NCBI GenBank assembly: GCA_964016885.1
Contig: OZ024746.1
Coordinates: 69,254,001-69,318,000 of the forward strand
DNA from: Eledone cirrhosa
Lineage: Eukaryota
Direction: 5' to 3'
DNA: 64,000 nt
In this document: positions 60,730 to 64,000 of the stretch, in pieces
Layout of the letters: every line of letters starts with the position of its first letter
How positions within the stretch are numbered: the stretch's first letter is position 1
Program-made: the position numbers and the translations under genes
Notes under the pieces: model-generated
What the model was told of the DNA's origin: nothing
The model's database searches: none
The model's input: the letters and a program-made list of their open reading frames with translations, nothing else

Positions 60730-61735
60730 TTGTTCTGGTTTCATAATTTTATAAAATTTTACCAATAGAGAGAAAGTCGGTTTCTAAAATAGATACAAGG
60801 CTCTTTCATTGGAATTTAATTAACATTAACTAGTTAGATATGTATCATTTTCTGGTTTTATAGTTTTATAAATTTTTATAAATTTTTTCTAACATAGGCA
60901 CAATATTCTTTCATTGAGAATTAGACAATATAAACTTGGTAGATATGTATACATGTCTGCATGTGTGCGTTTATGTGCAGATATGGATGTTGTTATATGT
61001 GTGAATGTGTATGCTTTGAGTTACGTGTGTGCATGTGTTTTGTATCTGTACAAGTGTATATGCAGTTATTACATGAAGAATTTTTGGAATATTTTACATA
61101 TTTTCACTGTTTCATTAATGGGTTATACTTATGTTCCTCCTGGTTCTGTGAAGACCTGCATCTCAAGATCCATACTGAGGCAGTTACTAACATATCCCAG
61201 TGCCCCAATAATCACAGGTATAAATCTGAAGGTATAGTCAGGGTGGAGTATCTACAGATTCCTCATTAGTTCTGCATAGATGTTCTCTTTTTCGCTAATC
61301 TTTAATATTATGTTGGCATCTGCTGTGAAGCTAACTTCCACTACTGTACATGCCTTCTTTTCCCTGTCCCATATGATTATATCTGGTCTGTTATGCTTGA
61401 ATTTTATTGGGGTTTTTACTGGAACATTCCACCAGTACTCTTTCATATTATGTATGTATATGTCGTCCACATTACTGTAACTTTTAATGTGTTTATTGTC
61501 GGGGCTATCTTTTCTACGGATTGCAAAGTATTGTGTATTAGCCACTTCATCATGTCTCATAGGTAGATAGTACCGCGATGACATCTTTGGACAGCTGCTT
61601 ATGACATGGGTGACATCTTCGATGTTAATTCTGCAGTCTGCATTTGTTGTCACATCTAGGTGTTTTGCCTGCATCCCTATCTCTTTTGTGAATCGGGTAT
61701 TTTGTATTGATTTCCTGTTCTTGGATTGTAAAAGC
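60730..61735 (-). mobile_element. R4/Dong-like RLE element, stacked copy A
   Basis: EDVTHVISSCP..YLPMRHD..HNRPDIIIWD..VEV..KENIYAEL, bounded by (TATG)n. Confidence 0.9.
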
Positions 61736-61781
61736 ATGTATGTATCCATGTATGTATGTATGTATGTATGTATGCATGTAT

Positions 61782-61913
61782 GTTCTGGTTTTATTATTTT
61801 ATAAATTTTGACTAATAGAGAGAGAAAGAGAGATTCGGTTTCTAGCATAGAATCAAGATTCTTTCATTGAAATTTAGACATCAACTAGGTAAATACGTAT
61901 GTATGACTGTATG

Positions 61914-61996
<83 letters not shown>

Positions 61997-62628
61997 CAAT
62001 GTGCAGGTATGGATGTTATTGCATGTGTGGATCTATATGTTTTGAGTTGTAGGTGTACACATGCATACGTTTCTGTATCTATACATGTGTTTATGCAGTT
62101 ATTACATACTGAATTTATGAAATGTTTTAGATATTTTTACAGTTAACATTAAATAACTGTACTTCCAACTTTCTAACTAGCCGTGCTCTTTATTGTTCTG
62201 TGAATCTAACTTCTCAAGATTTGAACTGAGACAGTTAGTAACATATCCAAGAGCTCCAGTGATCACAGGTACAAATCTAACAGTATAGTCAGGGTGGAGT
62301 ATTTGCAGATTTCTCATTAGTTCAGCATAAATGTTCTTCTTTTCGCAAAAATTTAGTATTATATTGACATCTGCTGTGCATGCCTTTTTTTCTCTGTCCC
62401 ATATCATTATATCTGGTCTGTTATGTTTGCTTTTTATTGAAGTTTTGACTGGAACATTACACCAGTAGTCTTTCAGACTATGCATAAGTCCTCCACTTCA
62501 CTAACGTTTTATACGTTTATTCTCATCACTATCCTTTCTACGGATTGCATTATATAGTGTTTTACCCGCTACATCATACCTCATATGTAGATAGTATCGC
62601 GATGATATATTTAGACAGCTGCTTATGA
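61782..62628 (-). mobile_element. R4/Dong-like RLE element, stacked copy B
   Basis: Same RLE and 3' UTR as copy A, 5'-truncated at IISSC, bounded by (TATG)n. Confidence 0.9.
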
Positions 62629-62721
62629 TGTATGTATGTATGTATGTATGTATGTATGTATGTATGTATGTATGTATGTATGTATGTATGTATGTATGTA
62701 TGTATGTATGTATGTATGTAT

Positions 62722-64000
62722 CTTCTTCTGGTTTTATAATTTCACGAATTTTTACCAATAGAGAGAGAGAGAGTCGGTTTCTAACATAGGCACAAGACTC
62801 TCTCATTGGAATTTACACAACATCAACTAGGTAGATATGTATGCATGTCTGCATGCATGCATGTGTACATGTATAGATGCGTATGTTTTGAGTTGTATGT
62901 GTGCACGTGCATATGCTTTGTATCTGTACAAGTGTATTTTTTGATATGTTTTACATATTTTTACTGTTCCATTAATGGATTGTACTTGTAATTTCCTAAC
63001 TAGCTGTGTTCTTTCTGTTTCTGTGAAGCCTAGCTTCTCAAGATTTGTATTGAGGCAGTTACTAACATATCCCAGTGCCCCAATAATCACAGGCATAAAT
63101 CTGAAGGTGTAATCAGGGTGGAGTATCTACAGATTTCTCATTAGTTCTGCATAAATATTCTCCTTTTCGTTAATCTTTGATATTATATTGGCATCTGCTG
63201 GGCAGTTAACTTCCACTACTGTGCATGCCTTCTTTTCCCTGTCCCATATCATTAAATCTGGTCTGTTATGCCTGCATTGTATTGCTGGAACATTCCACCA
63301 GTACTCTTTCATATTATGTACATGTATGTCTCCCACATTGCTGTAGCTTTTAATGTGTTTATTATCGGGGCTATCTTTTCTACGGATTGCATTGTACAGT
63401 GTTTTGGCCACTACACCATGCCTCATAGGTAGATAGTACCGCAATGACATCTTTGGACAGCTGCTGATGATATGTGTGACATCTTCGATGTTAATTCTGC
63501 AGAGTTTGCATTTGTTGTCACATCTAGGTGTTTTGCCTGCATCCCTATCTCATTTGTGAATCAGGTATTTTGTATTGATTTCCTGTTCTTGGATTGCAAA
63601 AGCGTATCCTTCAAAGTAGGAGCCAATATAGCGGTTGCTGGTCCAAGATATTCATGCAGGATCTTTTGCTGATAAGCATGCAGTTTTTCATCCATGGACT
63701 CACTGCGTTACTGCTGGGCAACTTCCCTGGGTGTGAGTTTTTGATTATCACACAGGGAATATCTTTCAAGGAGCTCCTTCCCAACTCTCATGATCTTATA
63801 TGTCTCATGCCGATAGACTTGCTCGATAGATGGGTTCCTACACTTCGAGGCTCTTAAATGTTGTCGGAGGGATATGATGCGACATTCAAATGCTGTCTGG
63901 ACTGATGTTAGCCCTCTACCTCCCTGCTTGCGTTTCAAATAGAGGCGGTCTATGTCACTGTTGATGTGGAAGTTTCCGGTGTTGTTCAGTATTTTTCGAG
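62722..64000 (-). mobile_element. R4/Dong-like RLE element, stacked copy C (runs off window)
   Basis: FHINSDIDRLYLKRKQGGRGL, A.QEQEI.TKY, CRINIEDVTHIISSCP and RPD..VEV.CP. Confidence 0.92.

Overview
AT-rich, microsatellite-dense eukaryotic DNA made up mostly of transposable elements. The SINE and repeat content suggests an invertebrate, probably an octopod cephalopod; this is my inference, not a database result. There is one clear host gene, an intronless 757-aa ORF (55307-57580, +) that joins a divergent EB1/MAPRE-type calponin-homology domain to a ~500-aa coiled coil. Mobile DNA includes RTE-clade LINEs (one near full length), two tRNA-derived SINE families, a Naiad-type Penelope-like element (RT + GIY-YIG), a stack of R4/Dong-like RLE retrotransposon 3' ends in (TATG)n, a CRE-like fragment inside a hAT MITE, mariner, hAT, Helitron and Tx1/L1 remnants, and TTAA-flanked MITEs. 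The main signal that the ORF track does not show is a set of type I hammerhead ribozymes. I read seven with complete cores, from four unrelated sequence families, plus several degenerate ones, nearly all in or next to (TA)n tracts. They include a 310-bp head-to-tail tandem with one hammerhead per unit (retrozyme/circRNA-like), a fold-back with hammerheads on both strands, a U3-A8 covariant core, and a hammerhead with a 99-nt stem II at the 3' end of the Naiad. All structures were paired by eye and none were computed.
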